Source: Podarcis melisellensis
Taxonomy: Eukaryota
Reading direction: 5' to 3' (one strand)
NCBI GenBank assembly: GCA_964234715.1
Contig: OZ174285.1
DNA: 64,000 nucleotides
Shown here: piece by piece, positions 13,655-26,975 of the stretch
Numbering within the stretch: position 1 is the first letter of the stretch
How the letters are laid out: each line of letters opens with the position of its first letter
Notes under the pieces: model-generated
The model's input: the letters and a program-made list of their open reading frames with translations, nothing else
Database searches by the model: none
Told to the model about the DNA's origin: nothing
Program-made: the position numbers and the translations under genes

Positions 13655-13900
13655 AGGGCCTGGAAACCAAGGCCTTATGAGGAATGGTTGAGGGAACTGG
13701 GAACCTTTAGCTTGGGGAAGAGATAGCCGAGGGGTGATCAGATAGCCACCTTCCAATATCTGAAGGTCTGTTACATGGAAGATGGAACAAGCTTGTTTTC
13801 TGCTGCTCCAGAGGGGAGGACCTGAACCAATGGATTCAAATGACAAGACAGGATATCCTAACTAAACCTTTTGAAGAACTTTCTGACAGTAAGAGCCGTT
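13655..13900 (+). mobile_element. CR1 LINE ORF2 3' fragment
   Basis: ccttatgaggaatggttgagggaactggg...tttagcttggggaagag...gaagatggaacaagcttgttttctgctgctcc. Shares sequence with the CR1 at 9513-9600. Confidence 0.75.
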
Positions 13901-14992
13901 CCACAGGAGCCACTGCTGAGAAGGCCCTGCAGTGCTTCCGAATACCAGTGGCTAGAGGAGGGCTCTTGCGCTCAGGTCTTGATTGTGCATTTTGCGCAGG
14001 GCAGGCCTGATCCAGCAGGCTCTTCTTCTGTTCTTGTGGCTTGTTGCCACATTGCTAATTTGTGGGTCCTGCCCATAAGTCCCTCAGCCCCACACTGGAG
14101 GCAGCACCAAAGGCATCGTAGTGGATGTGGCATTTTCTGTGGGTGCTTGAAATGCACTTATTATTGTTGCTTATTAAATAATAATGTGTATTTTGCTTTT
14201 TCTGCTTCTCCTGAGTATATCACTTTGCCCTGTGTTTTGGAGAGGAATGGAAGCAGGTGAATGGCATGACAGATGTAGGTTAATACACTGCCAAGTCAGC
14301 AAGATACTTGTTCTGCTGTAGGCTATACACTCTCTCCTGCAGTGTGGCAGAAGCTGAGGTAGGGAGACAAAAAAAGCCGGTACCAAGTGCTGAACTTCTC
14401 TTTCAAATCAGTCTTGACGAGGGCAGATGCTTCTGTGTAGTATGACGGCTGCTAACATGATTCACGGAATAATCCAGATCAGCACAGTGTCTGAATTGGG
14501 ATCTGGCTGAGAGGTGCACCGATGCCCCCTGAGCTTTCCTGATGGCCAGGTGAATCATTTTCAGCCTAGCAGAATCCCCAAACTCTCTTTGTTGCAGAGC
14601 TCTTCAGGCACCCAGCATAGAGGTCCTTTTAAAGACATAAGACCTTTTTTGTAAGTCACAGAGTTTTGGGCATTCTCACCATCAGTTTTACAAACTCCAA
14701 GGCTTAACTATTTTAACCTTAAAAGGTATTTAAAAGAAGAAGAAAAGTATCTCTGCATAGAAGATGAAAAGAGACATGAAAGAGATTACTTTGCTCCTGA
14801 AATTGGCATATAAGTGTAGGAGGCATATACCTTGAGTTACAGTATTAGGAAAATGCCAAAATTTGATCTACAGTTTCACCATAATGCTTTCTTAGAGAGA
14901 TATAAAGTGGCCATTTTGATCACCAAGTCTCTTATGTAGAGTTATTTGGGCCAGGCTAGGCCCACCTTCAAATCTCTGATTCTTTCCTGAAC

Positions 14993-15355
14993 TGGTAAAG
15001 CTAAAGGACCCCTGGATGATTAAGTCTAGTCAAAGGTGACTATGGGGTGTGGCACTCATCTTGCTTCAGGCCAAGGGAGCCGACATTTGTCCACAGACAG
15101 CTTTTCAGGTCATCTGGCCAGCATGACTAAACCACTTCTGGCGCAACGGGACACCATGATGGAAGCCAGAGTGCACGGAAATGCCATTTACCTCCCCGTT
15201 GCAGTGGTACCTATTTATCTACTTGAACTGGTGTGCTTTCAAACTGCCAGGTTGGCAGAAGCTGGGACACAGCAATGGGAGCTCACCCTGTTGTGGGGAT
15301 TTGAAACGCCAACCTGATTGGCAAGCCCAAGAGGCTCAGCGCCAACCATGTCCCC
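14993..15355 (-). mobile_element. Sauria SINE, near full length
   Basis: (ACCTTT)-type tail at the left end (ggtaaagctaaagg), typical core (ggtacctatttatctacttg...gggagctcaccc), and an 11-bp target-site duplication ctttcctgaac at 14982-14992 and 15356-15366. Confidence 0.88.
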
Positions 15356-18300
15356 CTTTCCTGAACCCGTGAACCTTTAAGCCAGTGATGGAGAACTAAA
15401 CTCTTGTGTTTGTCAATTTCCCATAGGAATAGCTGGTGGACCACGGAGAATCAATTTCCTAAAGCAGGTAGATTAATTGGGCAAAAGCTCTGAGCTAATG
15501 TGAATTACAAAAAGCAGTTAACAGGCTTAGCTGAATCGGTTGCCCAAGAGATGACTGACACCAACTCATTGAGAGCTCTAGCCGTGGCCCAACGGTTTGA
15601 GAAGGAGGAGGGCAACAGAGATGGCAAGAAAAAGATAGACGAAGGTGCAGAATTGCTTTTGTTGCCCCACCAGCTGGATTTCAACTAAATACTAGGATGA
15701 GCTGGTGGCATGAGCTGCTTTGAGTGAGAGAGGCTGCCTTGGAAGGAAGGTGATGGACTCTCCTTGGCCAGGAGCTGCCAGGAAGCAAGGCCTCTGCCTT
15801 ACGAAGAACATCTGCCCTGGCAAAGATTAAACCTGCTTGCTGTTTGTTAGGTGAAACGATGAACATCCCTGATAACTCCAATGCTTGTAGCTACTGTTTA
15901 TTTACATGGATACCTGGCTTTTCTTCCCTCCTGGAAGGCACCGTGCTTTGGTGGAAAATTTCACAGATGGTCTCCCCTCCAGATGCTGGCCAGACTCAGA
16001 CCTACGTCAGCTATAAACTCCCCCAGGAGCCCAGGCGACGAGTGATTGATGAAGGGCCCAAAAGCAGAAATGCAACCTAGGTGTGCTCAGAGACCACTAA
16101 TCTCCGTGGAAAAAAGGGAGTGGGAAGCCTCCCGCTGCTTGTCGGATTAAACGGGTATTCTTGCAGCCGTGATGAGGCAAGGTGCTGAAGCTCATTTGGG
16201 AAGGCTGTGTGCCTTCTCTACCTGAGTTGTCTCCAGACCTGCTATGCTGTGTTCCTGTGAGCAGGTTTTGCTTGTTAAGTTTGATTAGGGGCTGCCTGCA
16301 CTCTGCCTGCGGCTCCAACAGACCCACCTCGGCTGCCAGAGAGGAATGACTAATCGGCGCAGCTTCAAGACAGAAAGGGAGATGATAGTTTTCTGAGAGT
16401 CCCTCTCTGGGAACATGGCAGCAGCATTCAGCCCTTTGGATTCCACACAGCCTCCAGCCTTTGCTGTGGTCTCTCCCAGCTCCCCTCCCGATCCTGGCAC
16501 CATTGAGCCTTCTTTGTAGCATTAATTGGAAGGTGTTGGTCTCTCCAGAAGATCTGAGTCATTTTACAAGGGGGCCTTAGCCAAGCGGGAGGGGGAAGCA
16601 AGAAGTATTTCTTGCAAGCTGGACTAGCGACAGAGATGCTTTGGGGCATTTCTCTGCAGAGGTTTGTGTGGCTGGTTTGTAGCTTTTAAACTCAAAGGAA
16701 CATCGTGTCTTCAGGCTCCTCTCGCTGGCGTGTGGGTGGGTGGCTGGAACAAAACAGCCCTGGGTGCTTTGAAGACCCTTATTTCAAAGGTCTCCTCTTT
16801 GCTTTCTTCACAACCCGTTATAAAAGTGTAGATGTGGGATCAATGGCAGTCCAGCTGGCTTCCTGTGCTGCTGGGATGTCGTGCTATGCGATAACTTTTT
16901 AGTTTTAGTCACAGGGTTTTGGGAAATAAGCCAACACAAGGCTTTGGAGGAGAGCAGCAAAGATGAGAAATGTTTTCTGTGCCTGACTAGGATGGGGAAA
17001 GTCCAGCTAGGTGCATCCCGGAGGGTGGGGAAGCTGCTGCTGACCAGAGTCAAGGCGTTTAAAGTTCTGGATTCAAACTCGGGCTTGAGCTGGGGCACAG
17101 CTGAGTGGCAGGTCCCAAGTTTGATGCCTGGCACTTCAGTTGAAAAGGATTTTGGGTGGCAGTGCTGTGAAAGGCCTTGGGGAGCTGAGCAGCCTGACTT
17201 TGCCTAAGGAGGCTTTGTGCGTTCAGCTGACTCACAGAAGGTGGGATCTCGTTCCCCATGAGATGCTTTGAAGAAGAGACTAGCAATTCCATGGTTCATT
17301 TTTTGAGACTGAGGAATCCAGCCATTGCAGGCCTGGCAGGACCTTACAGACCCAACAGATGCATTCCCTCTTCAGACTGTTGAAAACCAGGAGCTCAGTT
17401 TTAGTAAGCCAATAACCAATTTAATAGCGCCTGGGCTGTCAGATATTTGCTCATAGAAGCTCCCCAGCCTTGTTTTGTTAAATGTTTTGTGATGGCTCTT
17501 TCGGGTGTTGGCAAACGTATTACTAAAATGTGACATGGCTGAGATGAAAGACTCCGTGTTGGTGAAGGACTTGTCAAACAATTTACTATCGTTGTGTGAA
17601 TTTATGTGACCTATAAAAAGCTCAAGCAAGCATTTTTTTTAAACCTCTCCTTCCCCTTTCCTAAAGAAACCCCCAAACCAAACAAACCTGCTATTAATAT
17701 TTGCTGCTGATCTAGCCCAGTAATATGAAATGCTCATGCCCCAGTTGTGTGCTAAGTCATTAGTTTCCTGCACTGTGGATCCTGTAAAGCCTCTCCCAAC
17801 CCAGGTTTGTTGCTCCAGATCCGCACATGCCAGGAGTCTGGGAGTAGGAGGACCATCCACCTCTCCTCCGCCACTGCCGAAATACTGCCCTGCCAGTTCC
17901 TGGAATGGTCTTCCAGTTGTCCATTTTTGCCAAATCTCGAAAAGCACATCATATAAAAACAGCTGGGCCATAGGAAAGACAAGAGAAGCAGCTGCTCTTT
18001 CAAGAGAGCATCAGAAATACTTGCAACTATTCCCTGGGAAAGGGAGCCCATGAGTGGAGGGTCCCTAATGCCTGGGTCTGTGTTGGGAAGCAGGGAATGG
18101 AAGTGAGGTGGCAGTTCTGTAATTTTTCATGCTGTTTTGATTTTAAATTGTATCTGGTTTTTAATCTGTATTTCTGTTCCGGGAAACGACTTTGAGACCC
18201 TTGGTGAGAAATCTAAATTTTAAATAAGTATTGGAGATGGTGTCTTTGCAAACAAAAACAGTAGACTATTACAAGTAGTAAATAGTGGTGGTAATTGGAG

Positions 18301-19358
18301 TAATAAAAGGTTCACACTGTGATAACATTCAGTCATAGGTTTTATTTTCACTTCTGTAAGGTTATTTTGGCACGAAGAAAAAAAATATGAAAGAACCACC
18401 TCCCTCTTTATTTTAGGGTTCACCCCAATTGAAAATTGTTTATGAATAGGTTTAAACTGTGTCGGGAGACCTCCCTGAAGGCAGAGCTAGAAATTAAGGG
18501 CCAGTTTTCACAATGGAGATACACAGAGCAGATTCCTCCCAGGATCTGTATTTTGATTTGTCTAATTTACTCCTAAAAGGAACTGTCATCATTTGGTGTT
18601 TGGTGGTGGGCTTGGGACGAAGAGAAGAAAAGCGCTGCACACAAATCGCGGCTGAATTTTGGAGTTCCCCCCCACCACATGAGCAATAGCTCTGAAGGCT
18701 TTGGCAGTAGATCAGACAAATGCGTAGAGAATAGGTTTATCATGACTTTTCAATTAACTTCAAGCCCTCCTGGCGAGTTTCCAAGGGGCTCCGGCTGGCC
18801 ATTGCTGAATGTTTTGAGCTTCCCCACAAAGGCAATGCTCATGTAGGGATGGCAACAGAAAGGTCATGAGTTGGCGGGAGAATGAAAAGCGAGGACTTGG
18901 GGGGGGGGGGCTGAGGTGAAGGGATCAGGGTGGGGAGATGAAATGAGAGCAAGGGGTGTTGCACTGGGGCAGAAGGGGCTTCCTTAAGATGGTGACACTG
19001 GACAAGTGGATTTGCCATTTCAACACTTCACTAAAAAAAATGTTTTCTGCTGAATGAATGGCTGTACAGTGACCTGCCTAATGTGGGCAGGGTCTGCTTA
19101 AGGGATGGGCTGTCCATTAATTCAAAGATTGACTTGGCAATCTTCAATATTCATGTACAATTTTCCATCTTCTCACAAGTTAAGAAGTCCTCAACAGGTG
19201 GTACGTTGCTGGAAAATGTAGGATATTGTCATGGCAAAAATAAACATGTTTTAAATTTTAAGCTTCTGCCCAGCAAACATATCATCAAACCCTTCTCGCT
19301 TGTCATATTTATCTATACTTTTCCATTCCTATTTTTTGCTTCCATTTGTTGCATGCAG

Positions 19359-19394
19359 GCAGCTGGAGTTATTTCGGATGGGGAGAAGAGCAGA
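19359..19394 (+). CDS. UNC13B: UNC13B 36-nt cassette microexon: (C)SWSYFGWGEEQ
   Basis: Long pyrimidine tract with tgcatgcag| acceptor, donor |gtatgt. Symmetric phase 1-1, in frame between the 7268 and 25118 exons. Resembles the NWNYFGWGEQ microexon of the paralog UNC13A (recalled). Confidence 0.85.
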
Positions 19395-21856
19395 GTATGT
19401 AACACTTTAATAATAATTTCTTTCTAGTTCTCCGGTTCAGAATTGCTTCCCCATGCTCCAGGCTGAGGATATCTCGGGTATTCATGCACAAGAGTGAAAT
19501 GCAATCGACCTTCTGCTATTTTTTACTTTGTTGAATTCTGTTATTGTGTGTGCCCATCCTACCATGCCTCTCCCTTGCAATGTGAACTAATGAATGGTAC
19601 CTTAGAATAGGGATGTTCTCTTGCCTGGTGCCTTTGTGGGCCATGGGGTGTCCCCGATAACCAGCAACACAGCAGCTGCTATGGGTCTGAGAAGCAGAAG
19701 CTGCTCTGTTGCTTTTGTTCCCAATTGCGAAAAACAAAAATGACTATTGAGCATAATATGACAGGCTGCTAATCCACCAGGAAAGGTCTAGAGTGTTTCC
19801 TGTTTCTCAGGATCAGGAAAACTGCTGCTCTCCACCCTGGGGGACCTGGACTCTGCTCTGGACCTCCTTCATGTGTCCAGTGTTTGTATGCATTTCTCCT
19901 TCTGTTTGTCATGTGCCCCTCCTCATTAACTCTAGACCCCTATCCCCCCCCTTTTCAGATAGATAAGACACCTGTCCATGTTGCAAATTTTTGGTGAAGC
20001 TTCAGTTTCCCAGTGTTGCCCAATTGCACCATGAAGAGTGTCTGGGGCCAGGGTTGGGGGGGACGAAGCTTTGCTTTCTTGCCCTGACACCTTCCTCCGA
20101 GTAGGAACTTGTGCCTTTCCCACCAGATGGGTCTGCAAATGCCAGGGTGGGGGGAGGAAGCCAGCAGGCTCAGCCTTCCCTGCCTCCCGCTTGCTCTTTT
20201 GAAAGTCAGATCGGTGTGTGGCATTCGCCAAAGTGACAGGCATACCCTCCTCCTACCCGTATACCTTGCAGAGCAGTGAGAGGTTTTCACAAAGAATAAC
20301 AATCTCGCAGTCGAGGAGTCCCCCCCCCCCCCGAGATCACATAATCCCAACCTCGCCCTCTGGGCTGATTAACTCGGTGCCGTGGGCAGATTGTGGAGGC
20401 CACTCTGATGCGAAGCCCTGTGAGTGGTGACATTTGCCGGTGCTGAGGAGCCTGTGCCTGTCTCCTCTACACTGCCTGGCACCGGTGTCCCCATTAATAC
20501 AGACCGTTGGCCCTTTGGGAGTTTCCCGAGGAACCTGCTCTGCTGAGTTGAGGAGGATTAATTCTCTAACAGGTTGTTGTCAACTGGTGATCTCAAAGCA
20601 AGAGGCTTGCGGAGTTGAAACCTCCCCTTGCCAGGTGTGTGCACCTTGGGGGTCCCGGGTGGCACGAGGCTTGGCCAGTGGGCCTCTTCTGCGCAAGGCT
20701 TTAATGCAGGGTGTGCCCATCTGCACCTTCGCTTTTGTTTCTGCCCTTCTCTTCCACCCTCTGGGATCAGAAGTGCCCCTGCTTGCGGGAGAGAAGGCAG
20801 CGGAGCCCCAGCAGTGTCCGTGATGGGAGAGGATGCCCCCATCTTCCTCTCTGGCAGCAACAGACCCCTCTCCGCTGCCAAGCGTGGGGTGCAGAGCCAC
20901 TCTGTTCATCTCCCCGGGGAGCAGCAGGGAAGCAAAGCATTCGGAGGTGCTGTGAGTTTAGCGTTGGTTCCCTGGAGCTGCTGGGGATTTCTCCCAGCTA
21001 GTGTTTCCTCAGTACAATGGGGGGACATGTGCAAAATGTAGCCTCTGTCGCTGCAGAGCAGATTTCCCCCCAAGTGGTGGCAGCAGCAGCAGCAGCAGTG
21101 GGAAGGTACAGGGCTGGCTGCTTCTGTTTTTCCAACAAACATCAGATGAGGAATGGGCAAGCCCTCTATTTCTGGGTAAGCTCTTATCTTTTTTGACAGG
21201 ATCTACTTTTGTGGACTGCCACGTTGAGACAAGGCTTTTGGCGTGGAGTCGCACTCATCTTGAATGCCTGCTGTTCTCTTGTGGAAGAGAAGATGCTTAA
21301 AACTCACATTCACACTGCAGCTCTCCCACTCATCCCACCTTGACATTCAGTTGCCTGGATTTCAGGAGGGAATTTTTTTAAAAAGAAAACCTTTCTTAAA
21401 GGCTAATGGGGGAGTAATTAGGTTTTCAGTCTCCTTTTCCATGTGAAAGGCAGCCTTCCCTTGCTTTGGAGAGAAGCAGTGGGAGAAGACGTAAATGTCT
21501 GGCCATAGAATTCTCACAAACCCTTTAACAACAACAACAACAACAACAACTACAATAATAATATAAATAAATAAATAGGGCAGTCATAGCCAGAGACCCA
21601 CCCTCTCTTTTCACTCAGCGCCTTTTGCCCTTTTAATATGAGCAGAAGACTGTCTTTCCACGTAAACCTTTTAAAGATCTCGCTGCATTGTGCCTCTGTG
21701 TTGTGAAATGTGTTTCAAAGATTTGTTGTTCATGAGACATTTGGACCTTTTAAAGAGAAGATGTTCCACCAGCCCCTCTCACAAGAAGTGCTGTTCCAGT
21801 GCTTGCTGGCAAGGTTCCAGGATCAATAAACTGTTGGACTGTAGAAAAGCTTGCAT

Positions 21857-21896
<40 letters not shown>
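21857..21896. repeat. (CA)n microsatellite
   Basis: About 20 CA units. Confidence 0.95.
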
Positions 21897-21897
<1 letters not shown>

Positions 21898-22212
21898 GTC
21901 GATTTGTCAGTTATTTTGAGAACACATTGCCTGTAAGTTTTGTCTCCTCTGCCTGGCTCCTCATCCTCCTCATGCAAACATTAGCTGGGCAGTCAGGCCT
22001 GTGGTAGTGGCAAGGGACCCCACGCTAGACACAAACTCAAGCACAACAAATCAAAGGGCTTGTGAAAATGGACAATATTTTGAGACTAGAGCCATGCTTT
22101 GTGCTTAGAAAATTACTTGGGATTCCCTCTCCCTCCAGCTCTCATTTCCTTCCTTTAGTTGCTACTCTAACCTCTTCATCCCTCTTTCTCTTTGCTTCCT
22201 CTCTTCCCCCAG

Positions 22213-22224
22213 CCCAGACTCTAG
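22213..22224 (+). CDS. UNC13B: Candidate 12-nt (or 15-nt) UNC13B microexon, xQTL(A)
   Basis: Branch point ctctaac (~22166), about 40 nt of pyrimidine tract and cccag|. Frame-preserving in this phase-1 intron, but the donors are weak (AG|gtggta or TG|gtagta). Confidence 0.4.
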   Translation, partial: PRL

Positions 22225-22618
22225 GTGGTAGTAGCACCCTGGTGAACATGCCGCTGTGGGATGTGAGCCTCTGAGCCCTTCTTCGTTCTAGACTGTGCAT
22301 GAATACCACGTGGTCTCGCAAAATGGAGCATGCCTCTCTCCCCTCCCCAGACCTGGTTCATTCTTCAGAGCTGCTTGTGTGAAACTGTTCATCCAGGTTG
22401 GGGTGAGGGCAGAAAAAGTCTTTGCCTGGCCCGAGATGCTGGTGGAGACAGGGGCTTGAGCGTCAGACAATTCAGTGATTCTTCTATTGGGGGAGACTGT
22501 TTTGAAGCCAGAATGGAGGCACTTGTAAAATACAAAGCATCCAGATTGGTTTCTGCTCTATTCTTTTCGTAAACCGCTTTGAGGTTTTCTACAGTTAAGC
22601 GGTACATACTTTTTTATG

Positions 22619-22619
22619 A

Positions 22620-22653
<34 letters not shown>
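22619..22653. repeat. (AATC)n microsatellite
   Basis: About 8 AATC units. Confidence 0.95.
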
Positions 22654-22654
<1 letters not shown>

Positions 22655-25117
22655 GCAGCACACCCAGAGCTGGTTGGGGAAGTTGTTGTCACTCTGCCTT
22701 GTCTGTGGAATGAAAATGCAATTGGCTTGTGCGTGGGGTTTCTCATTCACTGCCCTCCACCCTCCTCCTCCTCCTCCTCCTGCCCCTCAGGGTAGTGCCT
22801 GAAATGCTCTTTTTGACACCTGCATCTCCCTCCCATGTAGGAGACCCCCCAACACCACAGACATTAGATTCTTTTTCTTGGAACAGGGGGGCCCTTCTTG
22901 GTGAAGCCTCCCTCCACCTCCTCTCCCTGCAGCTATGGTGATGTGTTTTCACCTATTCTCAAACATTTGCTTATGTAATTAAAATACTCATACTAGTGTT
23001 TCTTTACAAGTAAACTTATACATTAGTTGACTGTTTTAAAATCCCAAAACAGTATACTCAAGAATTAAAAAAGAAAACCTCCATACAGTACGTAATAAAA
23101 CAACATAGCCTCCTAATAAAAAAAACAAATCTGTGGTTGCTCAGGGGTCAGTACCGCTCATCTGAAAATGCTTAGGGGAAAAAACACGGAAAGAATTAAC
23201 ATTATTGACACAGGCCTTGTTTCCAGGGGCAGAGGGCTTGCTCCACATGGCATGGCAGATGCCACCATGCTCAAAGACCCTTCTGATGGAAGCCACACTT
23301 TAAATCAGATCAGGGTTAGCAATGAAAATCACCCCCTTGAGGTGACACATCAAATGATGGAGATGGCCTCCTAGAAAACCTGCTGAAGGCACAGTCCTTT
23401 TAAAATAACTCCCATGGGACCCCATGAGCGGGAGCTCTTGTTCACTCCCCTGTGGCGATGGGCCCAGGAGGAGGACGTTCCCCTGGGATGATGTTCTAGA
23501 GCTGTAACTGAGCACTCAGACCAAGACCCCCAGGCTCAGTCTCACCAGGAAATCAAGGTGGAGAGCCATGGCTCACCTGCTGCAGCTTCTCTCTCAGTCT
23601 CACAAACCTTCTCAAGCACAACATGGAGCAAAACCAGGAACATTTCGGGCTTTCAGGTGGTGGTCTCATTGTGGGATACTGCCCCTTCCTTCGCACATCA
23701 AGAAACATCCTCAAGGGTACTTTGTTCTGCCACATTGGTTGCCTGCTCAGATACAGATTTACTTTTGAAATGGACTTCGTCTCTCCTTTGAAGAAAGAGA
23801 GAGAAATTGATAATTGCTCTTCATTTATATTTATATTCCACCAAACAGCCAAGATAAGCACCTTCATGTGAATCCAGAAATTTCAGTGTACTGAAATTAG
23901 CCCTTTCCCCTAGCAGATGAGCAAGACTGCTTCCACCCAAGGCAGCTTAAAAAGCAGGAGATGGTGTCATTTCCAGCATGGACAATCAAATTACTCCAGA
24001 GAAGTTGAAAGCCTGTTTGAAGTTGTTCTTGGCTAAGGATGCTTCATATTCTGTTTTTTCTTCCTTATTAAGATGCATGTTGCAATTCCACTTTATGTCG
24101 GGGGGAGGAGCAGGCTGGCTGGGCGGGGGGCAAGGAACAGCTTGTTTCTGTAGAAACTAGCCCTTATATTGAATAAGTGGAAGAGAGTCTGGAACCAAAA
24201 GGGTTGTAAGAAGCAAGCCCTGTTCCATTTCTGGTGGGCAGTTTTGCCTGGGCTCTCCAGACCACAAATTCAAGTGAGGCAGAGGAGCTGCCAACTATAC
24301 CATGCAGATGCTGGAAGAGGCGTCCGGCATCCTGGCTCAGATCTGCCCTCTTCAGACAGTGCTTCTGTTAGATTGTCCTCTCTCTGTTGCTCGGTGGTGG
24401 TTGTAGCTTGTGCGTCGATGTTGTGTAGTGACTTTCCTGCAGTCCCTCCTTTGAGCTCCGCAAAAGTTGCTGGTCCTCCTTACCATTCCTACTTCATCAA
24501 CCAAAATAGAAATACTTAAGCTTGTGATCACCCTAGGCAGAGAATGAGCACTTGCAAGAACAATCTGCCAGCACATCCTGCCAGTTTGTTCCTGCTCCCC
24601 TTCCCTCTGCCCCCCAGCCCTGGGCAACTTCCTGGGAGGGACGGAGCTGCCATTCAAGCTAGAGCTTTAGTGTCCTTCCTTTCCCCTTGGGCAATGTTTA
24701 CTTGTTGTTTGTTTCAGTGGCCACCTTTTAAAATACTCCTAAATGGAAATGTTGGCAATTGTGCACACAAGGTATTTCTCAATGCACCATCGCAGATGCT
24801 TTCTCCTTCCTGGCTCCCAAATGTGCCACGACTGTCCTTTCCACTAATGTTTCCTCCCCATTCCTGGCTGGAGAGATGCTGCTTAGCTGAGGGCTCCTTG
24901 GAAGAGGTCTAGGAAGAGAGGGGAGAAGCAGGGCAGTGCTGCCTCCTGCAACCCTGCATCTCCAGTGAGCAGCTTTCCTGGGAGCCAAGAAACTCTTCCT
25001 TTAGGCTGCCCTTTACTTTGTCTCGTAAGACAAACAAGCTCGCTTGAAAGGTGCTTTTGTCTGAAGTGTCCCGATCTTGGACTGGGAGACGCTGCTCAAC
25101 CTTCTCCTGTCTTCTAG

Positions 25118-25340
25118 CTTTTGAAGACCACGATAGTGCTGTGGATGACAGAGACAGCGACTACCGCAGCGAGACCAGCAACAGCATTCCTCCCCAGTAC
25201 CACACCACCTTGCAGCCCAATGCTTCGGTGCACCAGTTCCCCGTGGCTTCCCGCCTGCAGCAGCAGGGGGTCCCCCGAGAGTGCTGTGTGGAGTCCCTGC
25301 ACGGCTATGATTTGGATTACCACGAACGAGCAGCCATCAG
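25118..25340 (+). CDS. UNC13B: UNC13B coding exon: [30 protein letters not shown]...[11 protein letters not shown]
   Basis: Acceptor ctgtcttctag| and donor |gtaggt. 223 nt, phase 1 to phase 2. [18 protein letters not shown] is diagnostic for Munc13-1/ubMunc13-2. Confidence 0.96.
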
Positions 25341-26664
25341 GTAGGTACCCCCTTGGAACCAGGGCGTTTTCTTCCCCCAACCACAAATTTATTGGCAGGA
25401 GAAACTCACCGTAAGCTACCAAGACTGGGGCTGGCTGCTTCAGACTATCTTGTGGTCAGGTTCTTAAAAGAAAAGCCATTCTGCTGCTTCAGGGGTGACA
25501 GAAGAGCAGTGAGCAACAGCTGCCAGACACGGGTCCCCCCCCCAGAATAGCCCAATGGGAGCAAAGAGAGCTTTGCAGTTGAGCCTCCTCCTTGCGAAGC
25601 AGAGCTGGTGGTAAGCAGTTCTTTTTGCTGTGGAATTTTGGGATCCCCAGGTTGTCGCCCTGAGTGACCAAGAGTGACTGACGATATGTGGATCAATTTC
25701 ACTTGAGATTGCAAGTCGTGCTGACCCTCAGGATGCCCCTCTTGCTGAGATTTGGCTTCCGTTGCCTCGCACCCATCCAGACTCCTGGCATGATTGCGCA
25801 ACCACCAGTCCCACACGCCACACACTTGCTTTCACTTTCCATTTTACGATACTAAGCTGTTTGAACCTTCTGTGTTGCTCTTGTCCTTCACGTCTCCCAA
25901 CGTCTCCTTGCCTTTTTGAAGAAGGCGCCATAGCTTAGACTCCACTGTGAGTGGCCGAACTGACCTGGAATCTGCATCACAGTCAAGTCAAATGACAAGC
26001 CGCCAGCTGTCATTAGAGAGCCGCCACTCACTAGAGGTGTCTGATAGGTGGGTGACCCTCTCCGAAGCCTCTGTGTCCGTGTCTCGTGACGTGGCTTTGG
26101 TCTGCTGGGGTTCCTGGGCTGGCTATCAGTGTTTGCATGAATACATCCTCTTCCAGGCATAGTTGCCGGCTGGCTGTTTTCTGTTGCTTCTCTTGTTTCA
26201 ACTGGGTTTTTGTTTCTCTTGAACATTTGTACCAGCCCTCTAAAGAGAGAACTGATGCAAATCATTACCTTTCCTCCATACTAGGCCTTTAGAACCTTAG
26301 ATCTATCTAATTTATCCTCATATAATTACTTTGGTTTCTAATTGTCCTGTCAATACTGTAGCTGGAGTTTTTAGGATTCATGTTTTCAACTCTGACTTGC
26401 CCATCATATCTTGTTTGTGCTGTCCACATGGTTAATGGAAGTAACCCCAAATAATAATTGGAACAGTTCCTCATTTTGCGCCTTATCAACATGATTGTTG
26501 TTTTTAATTTATTTACCTCTAGCGATAAACCACAAGTAAGATAATGGGTTTTTCCTGTTTTGTTGTTTTGTCACATTGCAAATTTAATTAATTGATGCAC
26601 TTTATTGTGTGCTTAGTGTAATAACTTATTATTAGTCTGTTGCAAATGCCCCTTCTTAAAATCA

Positions 26665-26975
26665 GGAGGTAAGAGTCCTGCTGGATCAGGCCAGTGGCCC
26701 TCCTTCTCCAGCATCCTGTTCTTACAGAGACTGACCAGATGCCTGGGAGAAGCTCAGAAGGAGGACCTGAGCTCCAGAGCCCTCCTCTCCTCTCCTCTCC
26801 TCTCCTGCAGTTTCCAGCAACTGGGGCTCAGAAGCATCTCTGCCTGTGACCGCGGAGGCAGAGCAGAGCCATCATGGCTAGTAGACTTTGATAGCCCTTC
26901 TCCCCCATGGATTTGTCTAATCCTCTCTTAATCCAAGTTGGTGGCCATCATTGCTTTCTGTGGGATAAACTCCGT
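26665..26975 (-). mobile_element. CR1-family LINE 3' end fragment
   Basis: Reverse strand of a squamate CR1 3' UTR (ctgctggatcaggccagtggccc...ccagcatcctgttc...gttggtggccatca). Similar to 58150-58339. Confidence 0.65.

Noticed and set aside
19936-19993. Acceptor-like site (ctctag|) with a downstream gtgaag
   Set aside because: Weak donor, not frame-preserving, and no homology.
673-24988. Numerous 60-260 aa ORFs in introns on both strands
   Set aside because: They mostly have non-ATG starts, no recognisable homology and no splice support, as expected by chance in intronic DNA of this composition.
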